A stretch of 64,000 nt of DNA, from the IMG/VR virus record IMGVR_UViG_3300030495_000024; one strand, written 5' to 3'. The notes under the pieces are model-generated. The model was not told the origin of the DNA, made no database searches, and was given only the letters and a program-made list of their open reading frames with translations. Every line of letters begins with the position of its first letter. Positions within the stretch are counted from its first letter, which is position 1. This document shows positions 1 through 9,293 of this stretch, piece by piece. Position numbers and translations under genes: made by a program. Source of the stretch: an uncultured virus (IMG/VR IMGVR_UViG_3300030495_000024) (taxonomy: Duplodnaviria > Heunggongvirae > Uroviricota > Caudoviricetes).

Positions 1-1266
1 ATGGCGCGCCGTGCGCTCACCGAGAACGTGGTCAAGCTGACGCGCCAGGCCGTCACCGACGCTCGCGTGGAGCCGGGGCAGGGCGAACGCACGGTCTGGG
101 ACGCGGAGGTCCGCGGGCTCGGCCTGCGCGTGCGTGCCTCGGGCTCGAAGACGTGGGTGATCCGTCCGCCGCGTTCGGGCGGGCGGTCGAAGCTCTTCAC
201 GTTCGGCACTGCCGACACGCTGTCCCTGGCTCAGGCGCGCCAGGGCGCGCTCAGCCGGCTTGCGCAAGCCCAGCTCGGCGACGACCCGCACGAGGTCCGC
301 AAGGCCGCCCGCGCGGCGGCTCGTGCCACTCTGGGCACGCTGATCAAGGACTACCTGCCGGTCGCCAAGGCGCGCCTGAAGCCGCGGTCCTATGAGAACG
401 TCGAGCGTGCCCTGGAACGGCAGCTCGTGAAGCTGCACGAGCGCCCGGCGAGCGAGCTGACGCGCTCCGAGATCTACAAGGAGCTGGTCGCCATCGGCGG
501 GTACGCCGGCAACCGCGCCCGATCCGCGCTCTCCGGGCTCTATGCCTGGGCGATCGGCGCCGGCCGCGTCGAGACGAACCCGGTCATCGGCGTCAACAAG
601 GTCGTCGAGGAGCGCTCCCGCGAGCACGTCATCAGCGACGCGGACCTGTTCGCCATCTGGCAGGCGGCCGGCGATGCGGATGCGGGTCGGATCACCAAGC
701 TTTTGCTCTTGACCGGGCAGCGGCGTAACGAGGTCGCCGGCATGCGCTGGTCCGAGCTGGACCTGAAGGGTGCCGTCTGGACGATCCCGGGCGAGCGCAC
801 CAAGAACAAGCGTCCGCACGACGTGCCGCTGTCGAAGCCGGCGCTCGAGGTGATCACCGCCGTGCCCAAGACAGAGGGCCGCGACTTCGTCTTCGGCACG
901 GGCAAGAAGGGGTTCAGCGGCCACGGCCAGGCGAAGCGCCGGCTGGGTGCCCGCACCAAGGATGTGCCCGCGTGGCGAGGTCACGACCTACGACGCACCC
1001 TGGCCACCAGGCTCGCGGATCTCGGGGTGGCGCCTCACGTCGTCGAGGCCGTCCTGAACCACGTCTCGGGCTCGAAAGCCGGCATAGCGGGCGTCTACAA
1101 CAGAGCCACCTACGCGACCGAGAAGCGCGCAGCGCTCGACCTATGGGCCTCACACGTGCTCGCGCTCGGCAAGCCACGCCTCGAGGTCGTTGCGCCGGAT
1201 CCCGCGGCACTGGGTGGAGAGCTTCAGGACCTTGGGACCCTCACCACGGGCGACAAGGCGCCGTAG
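1..1266 (+). CDS. int: Tyrosine recombinase/phage integrase with N-terminal arm-binding domain
   Basis: WDAEVRGLGLRV..SGSKTW arm domain; catalytic-type motifs GQRRNE, HDLRRT, LNH, VYN. Confidence 0.95.
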   Translation: MARRALTENVVKLTRQAVTDARVEPGQGERTVWDAEVRGLGLRVRASGSKTWVIRPPRSGGRSKLFTFGTADTLSLAQARQGALSRLAQAQLGDDPHEVRKAARAAARATLGTLIKDYLPVAKARLKPRSYENVERALERQLVKLHERPASELTRSEIYKELVAIGGYAGNRARSALSGLYAWAIGAGRVETNPVIGVNKVVEERSREHVISDADLFAIWQAAGDADAGRITKLLLLTGQRRNEVAGMRWSELDLKGAVWTIPGERTKNKRPHDVPLSKPALEVITAVPKTEGRDFVFGTGKKGFSGHGQAKRRLGARTKDVPAWRGHDLRRTLATRLADLGVAPHVVEAVLNHVSGSKAGIAGVYNRATYATEKRAALDLWASHVLALGKPRLEVVAPDPAALGGELQDLGTLTTGDKAP

Positions 1267-1350
1267 CGTCCGGGTGCAGATCCCGGCCGCCGCCGCGGCG
1301 TCCTTCAGCCGGATGACTGGGTTCGCGATGGCTGGGTGATCCTGGCTCAT
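1150..1350 (-). CDS. AlpA/Xis-like excisionase (recombination directionality factor)
   Basis: 66 aa; IRLKDAAAAAGICTRTLRRLVARGEGPKVLKLS...DLEAWL fits the AlpA winged-helix pattern; next to int. Confidence 0.8.
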   Translation of the reverse strand: MSQDHPAIANPVIRLKDAAAAAGICTRTLRRLVARGEGPKVLKLSTQCRGIRRNDLEAWLAEREHV

Positions 1351-1358
1351 TGGATGTT

Positions 1359-1373
1359 GGTACGCTTCGTACC
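1359..1373. promoter_or_regulatory. Palindrome family A (GGTACG-ctt-CGTACC), upstream of xis
   Basis: Exact consensus, 8 nt from the xis ATG. Confidence 0.8.
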
Positions 1374-1482
1374 AGATGCGGTCAACAAGGTAGCTGCGAA
1401 AATTATCGAAGAAGGTCCTTTTCGGACCGCGAAAAGCATGGCATGAACAACATGCCTGAGCGGGCGTTCGCCTGCAGCGCTT

Positions 1483-1497
1483 GGTACGCATCGTACC
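1483..1497. promoter_or_regulatory. Palindrome family A (GGTACG-cat-CGTACC)
   Basis: Exact consensus upstream of ATG 1518. Confidence 0.8.
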
Positions 1498-1517
1498 TCG
1501 AAGCCCAGGGGAGTTCT

Positions 1518-1703
1518 ATGGGTCAGATCGTGACGCAAGACGGGACGGTGATCTGCAACGGGGTCAGCCGTCCGTTCCAGCCAAGCGACGTGCGGAGCCG
1601 GCGGCCACCACCAACGACCGCGGATCCGCGTGAGCGGGATCCCAACGCGGATCCGCGGGATGTCGACTACGACGCCTACAGGGCACTGGTGGCGCGCCTA
1701 TGA
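1518..1703 (+). CDS. Small hypothetical early protein
   Basis: GGGGAG RBS before ATG; stop overlaps next start (ATGA). Confidence 0.6.
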   Translation: MGQIVTQDGTVICNGVSRPFQPSDVRSRRPPPTTADPRERDPNADPRDVDYDAYRALVARL

Positions 1704-1855
1704 GCCCGCTCACCGGTGCCTTTCTCACGCTGCTCTTCGGACCGATGGCTGTCGCCCTCGTGCTCGCGGGCTGCGTCATCCTCCTCGAGAAGCGTGAGAA
1801 GCCGCCCCGGTACGTCGAACAGGGACGGCCTGCGCTTCGACTTGTCCACAACTGA
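1700..1855 (+). CDS. Small single-pass membrane protein (51 aa)
   Basis: My translation: MSPLTGAFLTLLFGPMAVALVLAGCVILLEKREK...; ATGA-coupled to upstream ORF. Confidence 0.55.
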   Translation: MSPLTGAFLTLLFGPMAVALVLAGCVILLEKREKPPRYVEQGRPALRLVHN

Positions 1856-1856
1856 T

Positions 1857-1871
1857 GGTTCGGATCGTACC
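1857..1871. promoter_or_regulatory. Palindrome family A variant (GGTTCG-gat-CGTACC) abutting ATG 1872
   Basis: One mismatch to consensus. Confidence 0.65.
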
Positions 1872-2171
1872 ATGCGCAGCCACCACGACATCCTGGTCGA
1901 CGCCGAGCGCGCCATGACCGGCACCGATCACAGCTTCTACACGACGCTCATGGCCGAGGTCGGCGAAGAGCGTCCGACCTCGAAGGGCTTCGAGGAGCTG
2001 GAGCTGGTCATGCTCGAGCGCGTCTCCGACGCCTTCGCCGAGCTGTACCCCGACCACGTCGGGATCGGTCTCACCGACGCAGTCTTCAGCGGCATCCCCG
2101 CGCTCGGCCTGACGGGCCGGCAGGTCTCGGCCGCTGTCGCCCGCCGTGCAGTCGAGAACTGCCCGGCCTGA
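1872..2171 (+). CDS. Hypothetical protein
   Basis: Phage-like codon usage from MRSHHDILVDAER. Confidence 0.6.
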   Translation: MRSHHDILVDAERAMTGTDHSFYTTLMAEVGEERPTSKGFEELELVMLERVSDAFAELYPDHVGIGLTDAVFSGIPALGLTGRQVSAAVARRAVENCPA

Positions 2172-2196
2172 TCCGCCTCGAACACGGAGAGCACCC

Positions 2197-2685
2197 ATGC
2201 CCTTCAGCAAGAAGCCACGTCGGCGCTACGACCCGCATGCCGAGGGCCACGGCCCGAACCCCTACACCACCGCCGGCACGCTCGTGTACAGCTGGTTCGA
2301 GCAGGCCGCGATGCGCAAGCTCGGCCACGCGACCGCGGAACGCGCCGCCCCCAAGAAGCGGCGCACCCGCCGGCACCCGACCACCCACGTCGGCTTCCGC
2401 ACCCGCCAGAACCGCCTCGGCTCCGTGATCACCCGGAACGGGATCACGATGGCCGCCTGCGACCCGGCCGGCAGCAAGCCCGCCCAGCGCCGGCTGCGCC
2501 AGAAGCTCGTGCAGCACCCCTCCGTGGTCGCACGCTTCGCCAATCACCCGACCCGTGCCCAGGTCGACGAGGCCATTGCCGTCGCCGAGAAGCCAGGCCT
2601 TCTCGATCCGCTCCGCAAGATCTTCGGCGAGACGAAGGCCAAGCGTGACGCGCGCATCAAGCGCGAGCGCCGGGCCACCGCCTGA
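2197..2685 (+). CDS. Hypothetical Arg/Lys-rich basic protein
   Basis: GGAGAG RBS; GC3-biased codons. Confidence 0.65.
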   Translation: MPFSKKPRRRYDPHAEGHGPNPYTTAGTLVYSWFEQAAMRKLGHATAERAAPKKRRTRRHPTTHVGFRTRQNRLGSVITRNGITMAACDPAGSKPAQRRLRQKLVQHPSVVARFANHPTRAQVDEAIAVAEKPGLLDPLRKIFGETKAKRDARIKRERRATA

Positions 2686-2704
2686 ACCTGCGCCCAACTC
2701 CGGT

Positions 2705-2719
2705 GGTCCGAAACGGACC
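2705..2719. promoter_or_regulatory. Palindrome family A variant (GGTCCG-aaa-CGGACC); perfect arms extend to 2701-2723
   Basis: Symmetric double substitution; 10-bp perfect arms. Confidence 0.7.
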
Positions 2720-2744
2720 ACCGCCAACCCTTCGAGGACATCAC

Positions 2745-2945
2745 ATGGCCTACCGCATGACGGTCACCGATCCCCGTGACCCCGACGCCTCGATCGACGT
2801 CGACTACGACGCCCGTCGAGGCCGTGACTACCCGGAGGTCGGCTGGCGCGCACCGCTTGAGATCGAGGTCGACGGCATCGACGACCTCTCCATCGCCCAC
2901 CAAGCCGACATCATCGACCAGATCCACGCGCGGCACGAACCCTGA
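2745..2945 (+). CDS. Small acidic hypothetical protein
   Basis: GAGGA RBS. Confidence 0.6.
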   Translation: MAYRMTVTDPRDPDASIDVDYDARRGRDYPEVGWRAPLEIEVDGIDDLSIAHQADIIDQIHARHEP

Positions 2946-2960
2946 GAGGAGAACATCAGT

Positions 2961-3530
2961 ATGACCACGTTGCCAGCCTTCAATGTCCAGTACCAGACGG
3001 ATGTCTTCGCTGCGAACGCCTACGCCGCTGCCGGCCAGGCTCTCGCTGCTCTGCGCGAGGCGCCGAAGTTCGTCGTCAACGGTGAGGAGATCGACCTCTC
3101 CAGCGACAGCGGCTTCACCCCGCGCTCGTTGCGCCCCGACAGCAAGTACCAGACCCGCAGCGGGCGTCCGGTCGACATCCTCAAGTTCGACGACGGCTCC
3201 GGGAGCGAGTTCTGTCTGCATGTCCGCATCCATGCGGAAGACGGCAGCTTCATCACCGGAGCCCGCACCAAGGCCGGGCGCCACCCGGCGAGCAAGGGCG
3301 ATCACCCGGGCGATGTCGTCGAGGTGAACCCCACCGTCACCCGCTGGCTGCGGATCTACGACCGCAAGCTCAACGAGGAGGGCAAGCAGGTCGTCGGCGG
3401 CAAGGAGTACCCTGCGGAGCGCGGACTCTTCCTCTATATGTTCGACACCGAGGCCGAGGCTCGCGCCAACTTGCGCGGCGTCCGGGCTGTCGTGCCGGTC
3501 GAGTACAGGGAAGGGGAGGGGCTTGGGTAA
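2961..3530 (+). CDS. Hypothetical protein
   Basis: GAGGAG RBS; codon bias. Confidence 0.7.
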   Translation: MTTLPAFNVQYQTDVFAANAYAAAGQALAALREAPKFVVNGEEIDLSSDSGFTPRSLRPDSKYQTRSGRPVDILKFDDGSGSEFCLHVRIHAEDGSFITGARTKAGRHPASKGDHPGDVVEVNPTVTRWLRIYDRKLNEEGKQVVGGKEYPAERGLFLYMFDTEAEARANLRGVRAVVPVEYREGEGLG

Positions 3531-3771
3531 CCGTCGCCAGCCGATCTGGGTGGATAGCGCTCGCACCCGCACCGCAGCCGATATCGTCGAGCTGGGCGAG
3601 TGTGATGCCCTGATCCGCCGCTTCGCTCGTGACATCAGCGAGCTGACTGCTTCGGGAGCTGCTGCCCCCGAAGCACCGAGAGCCCAGCAGCAAGCACTAC
3701 ACTACCGCAACCTCGCTCTTCGTGAGCTGAAGTCGCGGCGGGCGAAGCTTTGCTCCAGTAATAGCAACTAA
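3523..3771 (+). CDS. Hypothetical protein
   Basis: Overlapping TTG start; weak support. Confidence 0.4.
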   Translation: MGNRRQPIWVDSARTRTAADIVELGECDALIRRFARDISELTASGAAAPEAPRAQQQALHYRNLALRELKSRRAKLCSSNSN

Positions 3772-3821
3772 CTAATTCTATGGTAGGTCTAGAAAAGGCT
3801 TGCCGTTTGCTGCAATGTCCT

Positions 3822-3836
3822 GGTACGTATCGTACC
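3822..3836. promoter_or_regulatory. Palindrome family A (GGTACG-tat-CGTACC) upstream of rIIA-like gene
   Basis: Exact consensus; CTTGCC -35-like hexamer ends 17 nt upstream. Confidence 0.8.
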
Positions 3837-3860
3837 AGCAACCCTCCGAGGAGAACACCG

Positions 3861-5981
3861 ATGCGTATGGTACACGCCATCCAGGAGAACGCCACCGAAG
3901 GCGCGATGCAGGTCCAGCAGACCGGCGTCGGCGGTGATGCCAAGATCGTCTACGCCCTGCTCACCGGCATGGTGTCGGACAAGGTCGTGTACCCCGTCCG
4001 CGAGTACGCCACCAACGCCTGGGAGGTCTCGCCCGCCGGCAAGCCCTTCGAGGTCGAGCTGCCGACGACCTTCAACCCGCAGTTCACGATCCGCGACTTC
4101 GGCCCCGGCATCAGCCACAAGTTCGCGATGAAGAGCTACGCCAAGATCGGCGAGAGCACCAAGGACGGCGACGACGACGCGGTCGGCGGCTGGGGCTTCG
4201 GCTCGAAGGCGGCGCTCGCCTACCTCATGCGCTCGGATGGCGCCGGCTCCTTCACCGTGATCAGCCGGCACCGCGGCTTCCGCCGGGTCTACGTCATCGG
4301 CGTGAACGCGACCGGCAAGATCGAGATCCAGTTCATGGGCGAGTGGGTGCTCGAGCCTGAGGACCGCGGCACCGGCCTGGAGATCACGTTCCTCGTCCGC
4401 GAGGGGGACATCGACCGCTTCCACGAGCACGCCGAGGCGGTCTACTGGTCCTTCGAGCCCAAGCCCGTGATCACCCCGGCGATCGACTTCGGACAGCCCA
4501 AGGTGCTGCACCAGGGCGACGGCTGGACGGTCTATCGCAACGAGACCGTACCGTTCTCCGGTCCGCAGGTTCAGCTCGGCCCGGTCATGTACCCGGTCAA
4601 CTGGGGTCTGGCGCCGCGTGCCTCGCGCCTGCTCGAGAGCAACACCTGCATCGTCTTCAAGGCCAAGATCGGCTCGATCTCCGTCTCGGCGAGCCGCGAG
4701 GCGCTGCAGTACGACGACCGCACCGAAGCCGGGCTCCGCGCGCTCTTCGAGCACTACGACCAGGACTGGATGCAGAAGGCCCACGCGGCGGTCGACGTCG
4801 AGCCGACCTACTTCCGGGCTCGCTGGAAGGCCGACGACATCAGCCGATCCCTCGGCCAGAATGGCTGGCTGATGGTCCGTGAGATCGGCTGGCGCGGCTT
4901 CAGCTTCTACGACAACCTGTTCCCCGAGCAGGGCCGCGTGAAGGCCTGCTGCTGGCCCGACATGGACCGTGTCCGGCGCCGGGACGCCGGGGCGCATCTG
5001 ATCCCGCTCACGTTCAAGGCCGACTGGAGCGTGAACCCCGGCGAGGTCGAGGGCCGCGTCGTCGTGATCCAGCACGCCACCAGCCGCTCGCTCGAGCGGT
5101 TCGAGGCGGCCGGGCTCATGGACACGCCCTGCCTCTGGGTCCGGGTCAAGCGGGCCGACCTCGACTACGCGCTCGACCGGATGGGTCGCCCTGACTACGT
5201 CGTGCTCGACGACATCAAGCTCCCGCCGCGTCAGAAGGGCCAGCGCGAGCAGCGCCCCGAGAGCGTGAAGCGGCTCAAGGTCCTGAGCCGCAACAGTGGC
5301 GGCAATCGAACCCACACCGAGCTGCTCGATACCGACGAGGAGCTGGTCTACTGCACGCTCGACGGCCGCGGGAGCCGCCGGACCATCTCCTCTCGCTACG
5401 AAGATAAGGCACGGTCGTGGGCAGCGTCCCGGTTCGCCAGCTACTGCGAGGAGATGTGTCAGCACGGTCTTCTCCCCGACGACTTCAACCTCGTCGTCGT
5501 GGACAGCAAGACCGAGGTCCGGCCGCACTGGATCCACGTGGCGGACTACTTCGCCGAGCTGATCGACGCGGCGCTCGATCCGATGCAGGTCGCTCCCACG
5601 ATCCCCTGGAGCGAGAGCAGCTTCCCCAGCGAGCTGATCAAGATCAGGGACAAGAACATCGACATCGGCACGGCGCCGCAGGAGATGCGCGACATCTACT
5701 ACGAGATGCTCGCGATGCTGCAGACCCGCGACGGGCTCGACCGCGCGGAGAACGAGCACGACAAGCTCGCCGCGCTCAACCTCAAGATTACGGGCACCGA
5801 CGTCAAGTCGGTCGCCAAAGATCCGACACAGCCCATCAACGATCGTTGGGACGCACTCCTCGAGCAGGCTCCCCTGCTCGAGCTGCTCATCGATAAGATG
5901 TGCCGCAGCTACTACGACACGAAGCCGTCCAAGGAAGAGCAGCGCCGTCTCGACCACTACTTCGCGCTGCTCGCCAAGTAA
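3861..5981 (+). CDS. rIIA: RIIA-like protein (N-terminal GHKL/HATPase domain)
   Basis: REYATNAWE, IRDFGPGIS, STK, GGWGFGSK GHKL motifs; followed by rIIB-like gene. Confidence 0.8.
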   Translation: MRMVHAIQENATEGAMQVQQTGVGGDAKIVYALLTGMVSDKVVYPVREYATNAWEVSPAGKPFEVELPTTFNPQFTIRDFGPGISHKFAMKSYAKIGESTKDGDDDAVGGWGFGSKAALAYLMRSDGAGSFTVISRHRGFRRVYVIGVNATGKIEIQFMGEWVLEPEDRGTGLEITFLVREGDIDRFHEHAEAVYWSFEPKPVITPAIDFGQPKVLHQGDGWTVYRNETVPFSGPQVQLGPVMYPVNWGLAPRASRLLESNTCIVFKAKIGSISVSASREALQYDDRTEAGLRALFEHYDQDWMQKAHAAVDVEPTYFRARWKADDISRSLGQNGWLMVREIGWRGFSFYDNLFPEQGRVKACCWPDMDRVRRRDAGAHLIPLTFKADWSVNPGEVEGRVVVIQHATSRSLERFEAAGLMDTPCLWVRVKRADLDYALDRMGRPDYVVLDDIKLPPRQKGQREQRPESVKRLKVLSRNSGGNRTHTELLDTDEELVYCTLDGRGSRRTISSRYEDKARSWAASRFASYCEEMCQHGLLPDDFNLVVVDSKTEVRPHWIHVADYFAELIDAALDPMQVAPTIPWSESSFPSELIKIRDKNIDIGTAPQEMRDIYYEMLAMLQTRDGLDRAENEHDKLAALNLKITGTDVKSVAKDPTQPINDRWDALLEQAPLLELLIDKMCRSYYDTKPSKEEQRRLDHYFALLAK

Positions 5982-5989
5982 TCGCTGAA

Positions 5990-6013
5990 GCAACTGTCCC
6001 ATGGGACAGTTGC
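5990..6013. repeat. Perfect 24-bp palindrome GCAACTGTCCCATGGGACAGTTGC
   Basis: Read directly; no spacer. Confidence 0.9.
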
Positions 6014-6026
6014 GCCCATCATCAGA

Positions 6027-6041
6027 GGTACGTTTCGTACC
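6027..6041. promoter_or_regulatory. Palindrome family A (GGTACG-ttt-CGTACC) upstream of rIIB-like gene
   Basis: Exact consensus. Confidence 0.8.
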
Positions 6042-6060
6042 AGACCACGAGGATACAACG

Positions 6061-7725
6061 ATGTCTCGTCTTCCCCACACGATCTCGAACCAGTCCCTGA
6101 CCTTCTTCGTGAAGGGCAAGCCCTACTCGATCACGAAGGACCATGAGCACTTCCTCGCCGCGAAGGACCTCCTGCAGCAGCCCGGGGCGCACCCCGTCCA
6201 GCGGCTGATCGAGATGGTCGACGCCCGCCAGGCCCTGCTGCGCGACAGCCACGGCGCCCTCCAGATCATCGGCGCCGACCTCGTCTACCGCGGCCAGGTC
6301 CTGCACGGGCTCTGGGTCGACAAGATCAAGCAGTTCCGCGCGGCCAGCGAGCCCTTCACGCCGCTCTTCAACGCGCTCGGCTCGCTCGTCCTGAACCCGA
6401 CCCCGGAGGCGATCGAGCGCCTGCCGGTGTTCCTGGAGAAGTCGGGCCTCGGCTTCCTCGAGGACGGCCGCTTCATCGCCTACAAGGCGGTCAAGGAGGA
6501 CTACTTCGACATCCACACCGGCAAGACGTTCCGCAACATGATCGGCGACACGCCCTTCATGCCGCGGACCCAGGTCAACGCCGACCCGAACGCCTGCTGC
6601 TCGACCGGCCTCCACGTCGGCACGCCCGGCTACGTCAGCGACTTCAGCCTCGGCACCACCGGCCGTCGCGTCATGCTCATCGCCGTCTGGCCGCACGACG
6701 TCGTCTCCGTGCCCCACAGCTACAACGGCACCAAGATGCGGATCTGCGCCTACGAGGTGATCGACGAGCTGGACGACGTCTACGCCGGCACCATCCTCGG
6801 CCGCCCCGTGCTGACCCCGCGCAGCCGCCTGCCCGAGGTGCCGGCCGCCGAGGAGCAGGCGGACGCGAACATCGCGCTCACGCCCTACGAGAGCGTCAAG
6901 GTCGGCGACGTCATCTCCTATCGAGATTATGACGTGGCATTCGTCGGCCTAGTTGTCGGGATCGACGAGGAGGACACGATCCGGGTTCGTGTGACCGGTA
7001 CCGATGGCAGCGACTGCTGGGTCTCGGACACCGACTTCGTCGAGATCATCCCGCGGGAGCGGGTCACGGCCGCGATGCTCGCCTACGAGGGCTGCACCGT
7101 CACGATCACGGATCACCCCCGGCTGCGTGATGGCCGCTACGTCATCGCTGGTCTCGAGGAGAATGGCGACGGTGCGCAGGACGTGCCCACCGACGTTGTC
7201 TTCGAGATCGAGCTGAATGACGACGAGCAGACCCGGGTGCCGGTCCAGAACCAGCATATCACCGTGGTCTCGGACGAGGACGGCAAGCAGCTGTTTCCGC
7301 TGCCCGAGTCTGTCGTGGCCCAGGACGTCGAGGATGACGTCGAGCAGCTCGAGCCGGCCGTCGAGACCGAGCCCTACCAGCCGCAGCCCGGCGACCTCGT
7401 CGAGGCGACTGGCCCCGGCTGGCCGCCGGCCGGCATCTACCCGGTGATCGTCTCCAACGACATCGGCGTGATGGTGCAGACCGAGCATGACGGCACCCAG
7501 GTAATTACCCGGGCCCGCTACGGCGCCGTGACGCCGCGTCCCTGGATGCGCGCCGAGATCGGCGGCCGGGTCTACATCACCGGCCACGATATTGCCCCGG
7601 CCGCCTGGCTCGAGGTCATCGATATGGGTCTGACTTGGGACACGCCGCAGATCCAGGTTCGTACCAGCTACGGCCCGTGGTGGGTCGATGTGCACTTCGT
7701 GACGGCTGTCGAGCCCAAGGCCTGA
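6061..7725 (+). CDS. rIIB: RIIB-like protein with long C-terminal extension
   Basis: DGRFIAYKAV..DY.D.HTGK..N..G...M.R..V..DP...CS.GLHVG rIIB core; adjacent to rIIA. Confidence 0.8.
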   Translation: MSRLPHTISNQSLTFFVKGKPYSITKDHEHFLAAKDLLQQPGAHPVQRLIEMVDARQALLRDSHGALQIIGADLVYRGQVLHGLWVDKIKQFRAASEPFTPLFNALGSLVLNPTPEAIERLPVFLEKSGLGFLEDGRFIAYKAVKEDYFDIHTGKTFRNMIGDTPFMPRTQVNADPNACCSTGLHVGTPGYVSDFSLGTTGRRVMLIAVWPHDVVSVPHSYNGTKMRICAYEVIDELDDVYAGTILGRPVLTPRSRLPEVPAAEEQADANIALTPYESVKVGDVISYRDYDVAFVGLVVGIDEEDTIRVRVTGTDGSDCWVSDTDFVEIIPRERVTAAMLAYEGCTVTITDHPRLRDGRYVIAGLEENGDGAQDVPTDVVFEIELNDDEQTRVPVQNQHITVVSDEDGKQLFPLPESVVAQDVEDDVEQLEPAVETEPYQPQPGDLVEATGPGWPPAGIYPVIVSNDIGVMVQTEHDGTQVITRARYGAVTPRPWMRAEIGGRVYITGHDIAPAAWLEVIDMGLTWDTPQIQVRTSYGPWWVDVHFVTAVEPKA

Positions 7726-7734
7726 CCGCGACCA

Positions 7735-7754
7735 CCCGGGGCACTTGCCCCGGG
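7735..7754 (+). terminator. GC-rich hairpin after rIIB (weak U tract)
   Basis: CCCGGGGCA-ct-TGCCCCGGG. Confidence 0.4.
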
Positions 7755-7784
7755 ACTTCCACACCGAAAACACGCGAGGATCAA

Positions 7785-8381
7785 ATGGCTTTCAAGGCAG
7801 GGCAGCGCGTCCGCATGCTCCTCGCATGTGAGGGCGCCACGGCCGAGGACCGGGAGATCTGCTTCCCGCCGGGGGTCGCTGGCTTCATCGACCAAGTCGA
7901 CGAGCGTGGCTTCTACCACGTCGTGGTCGGCCCGCCGGGCGATGACAGCTCGATCATCGTCTGCGTCGGGGCGGACGAGATGGAAGCACTCCCCGAACCC
8001 CGTGTCACGGCGCGTGCCGTCGCTTATAGCTCGATCGTCGGGACCGGCATCATGCTCTGCGACGAGCGCGGTGCCTGCGTTGGCCAGCTCAGGCTCCAGG
8101 GCATCGCCGGCGGCCGGGCCGCGCAGGAAGCCCTGCGCGACCGCATCGTGGACGCCATCAATTTCGCCTCCGGCGAGCGCCGCGTCCACCACACCAAGCG
8201 CGACACCGACTACGCGGTCATTGCCGGGAAGGCGCTGTTCCAGGCCAGCAACTTTAACCCGGGCTGCGACTGGCGCCCCATCATCGATGGTGACCCTGTC
8301 ACCGTATACCGCAACGCACACGGCCAGACCTTCGTCCGGTTCCCGGATGAGATGGCCTCGCCTCGCTTTGAGGAGATCTGA
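7785..8381 (+). CDS. Hypothetical protein
   Basis: GAGGA RBS before MAFKAGQRV. Confidence 0.65.
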   Translation: MAFKAGQRVRMLLACEGATAEDREICFPPGVAGFIDQVDERGFYHVVVGPPGDDSSIIVCVGADEMEALPEPRVTARAVAYSSIVGTGIMLCDERGACVGQLRLQGIAGGRAAQEALRDRIVDAINFASGERRVHHTKRDTDYAVIAGKALFQASNFNPGCDWRPIIDGDPVTVYRNAHGQTFVRFPDEMASPRFEEI

Positions 8382-8384
8382 GCT

Positions 8385-9242
8385 ATGTCCGTCATTCAGC
8401 AATCAGACGTCGCATCCTTCCAGGGCATGCAGACGATGCCGCTGTCCTCCTTTCAAGCGATGATGGATCATCCCCGCCAGCGAGATACAAAGCGTCACGC
8501 TGAATATTCAATTAAACGGCATCTTGCGAATACGTCCGACACACAAATGCGGGTAGCTATAGCAGAGTTCGAGGGGACATTTTACAAGGTCGATGGTCAC
8601 ACCAGAAATCTACTTTGGTCGGAGGGAAAGCTTTCAGCTCCGAAGCTAATCCACGCCGACGTCTATAAGTGTAATACGAAAAAAGCGCTTCTCGACCTAT
8701 ACGATTGCTTCGACAATAAAAACGCGGCTGAAAGCACAAGCGATCGTTTGGCCGGAGCAATTCGACAGGCGGGCATTGTGCTAAATAGTAATCTGATGGC
8801 GAAGTATCAATGGACTAGTGCATTGAACATGTTGGATCAGGTTTTTGGAAAAGACGTTTACGTTAAGGTTCAAATTCTTGGGTCAGCCATTGCGGCTATC
8901 GATAGTATCAACCCATCTGCGAGAATATTCAAAGCGCCTATTCTGGCTGCTGCTTTAATTCTTCTGCATAAAAAAGGTCAAAGTGCTCTCGAGTTCTTCA
9001 ATTCTCTTAATCAAAATGCCGGCGTGAAAACCCCTACGTATTGTGACGGCGTTCAAGCGCTACATTACTTGTGTACTTCTCTTGCGATAACTTCCAGTCA
9101 GAGCAAGCGTAACCTCGAACTGTTTTATAAAGCACTATCATGCTACGAGACTTGGAGAAGGAATAAAAAATACAGGATAGGTCGAGGTGGTGGCGTAATG
9201 GTCAAACAAGCTAGCATTCAAGTGCTTGGTCTGGACACTTGA
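8385..9242 (+). CDS. ParB/Srx-like N-terminal domain protein, low GC
   Basis: HPRQR...YKVDGHTR resembles the ParB-like DG(Q/H)xR motif; conspicuously AT-rich. Confidence 0.55.
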   Translation: MSVIQQSDVASFQGMQTMPLSSFQAMMDHPRQRDTKRHAEYSIKRHLANTSDTQMRVAIAEFEGTFYKVDGHTRNLLWSEGKLSAPKLIHADVYKCNTKKALLDLYDCFDNKNAAESTSDRLAGAIRQAGIVLNSNLMAKYQWTSALNMLDQVFGKDVYVKVQILGSAIAAIDSINPSARIFKAPILAAALILLHKKGQSALEFFNSLNQNAGVKTPTYCDGVQALHYLCTSLAITSSQSKRNLELFYKALSCYETWRRNKKYRIGRGGGVMVKQASIQVLGLDT

Positions 9243-9293
9243 TGATTTCGTCAGTGCGCTTTCTGATAGGTGTCAAATATTTGGTGTAGCCAT

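Noticed and set aside
1..60. attP/attL site
   Set aside because: Window begins at the integrase ATG; no flanking sequence or direct repeat available
3789..6119. Long antisense ORFs (also 17012-18916, 27970-30267, 39336-41768 and others)
   Set aside because: Shadow frames of GC3-biased genes; no motifs or RBS
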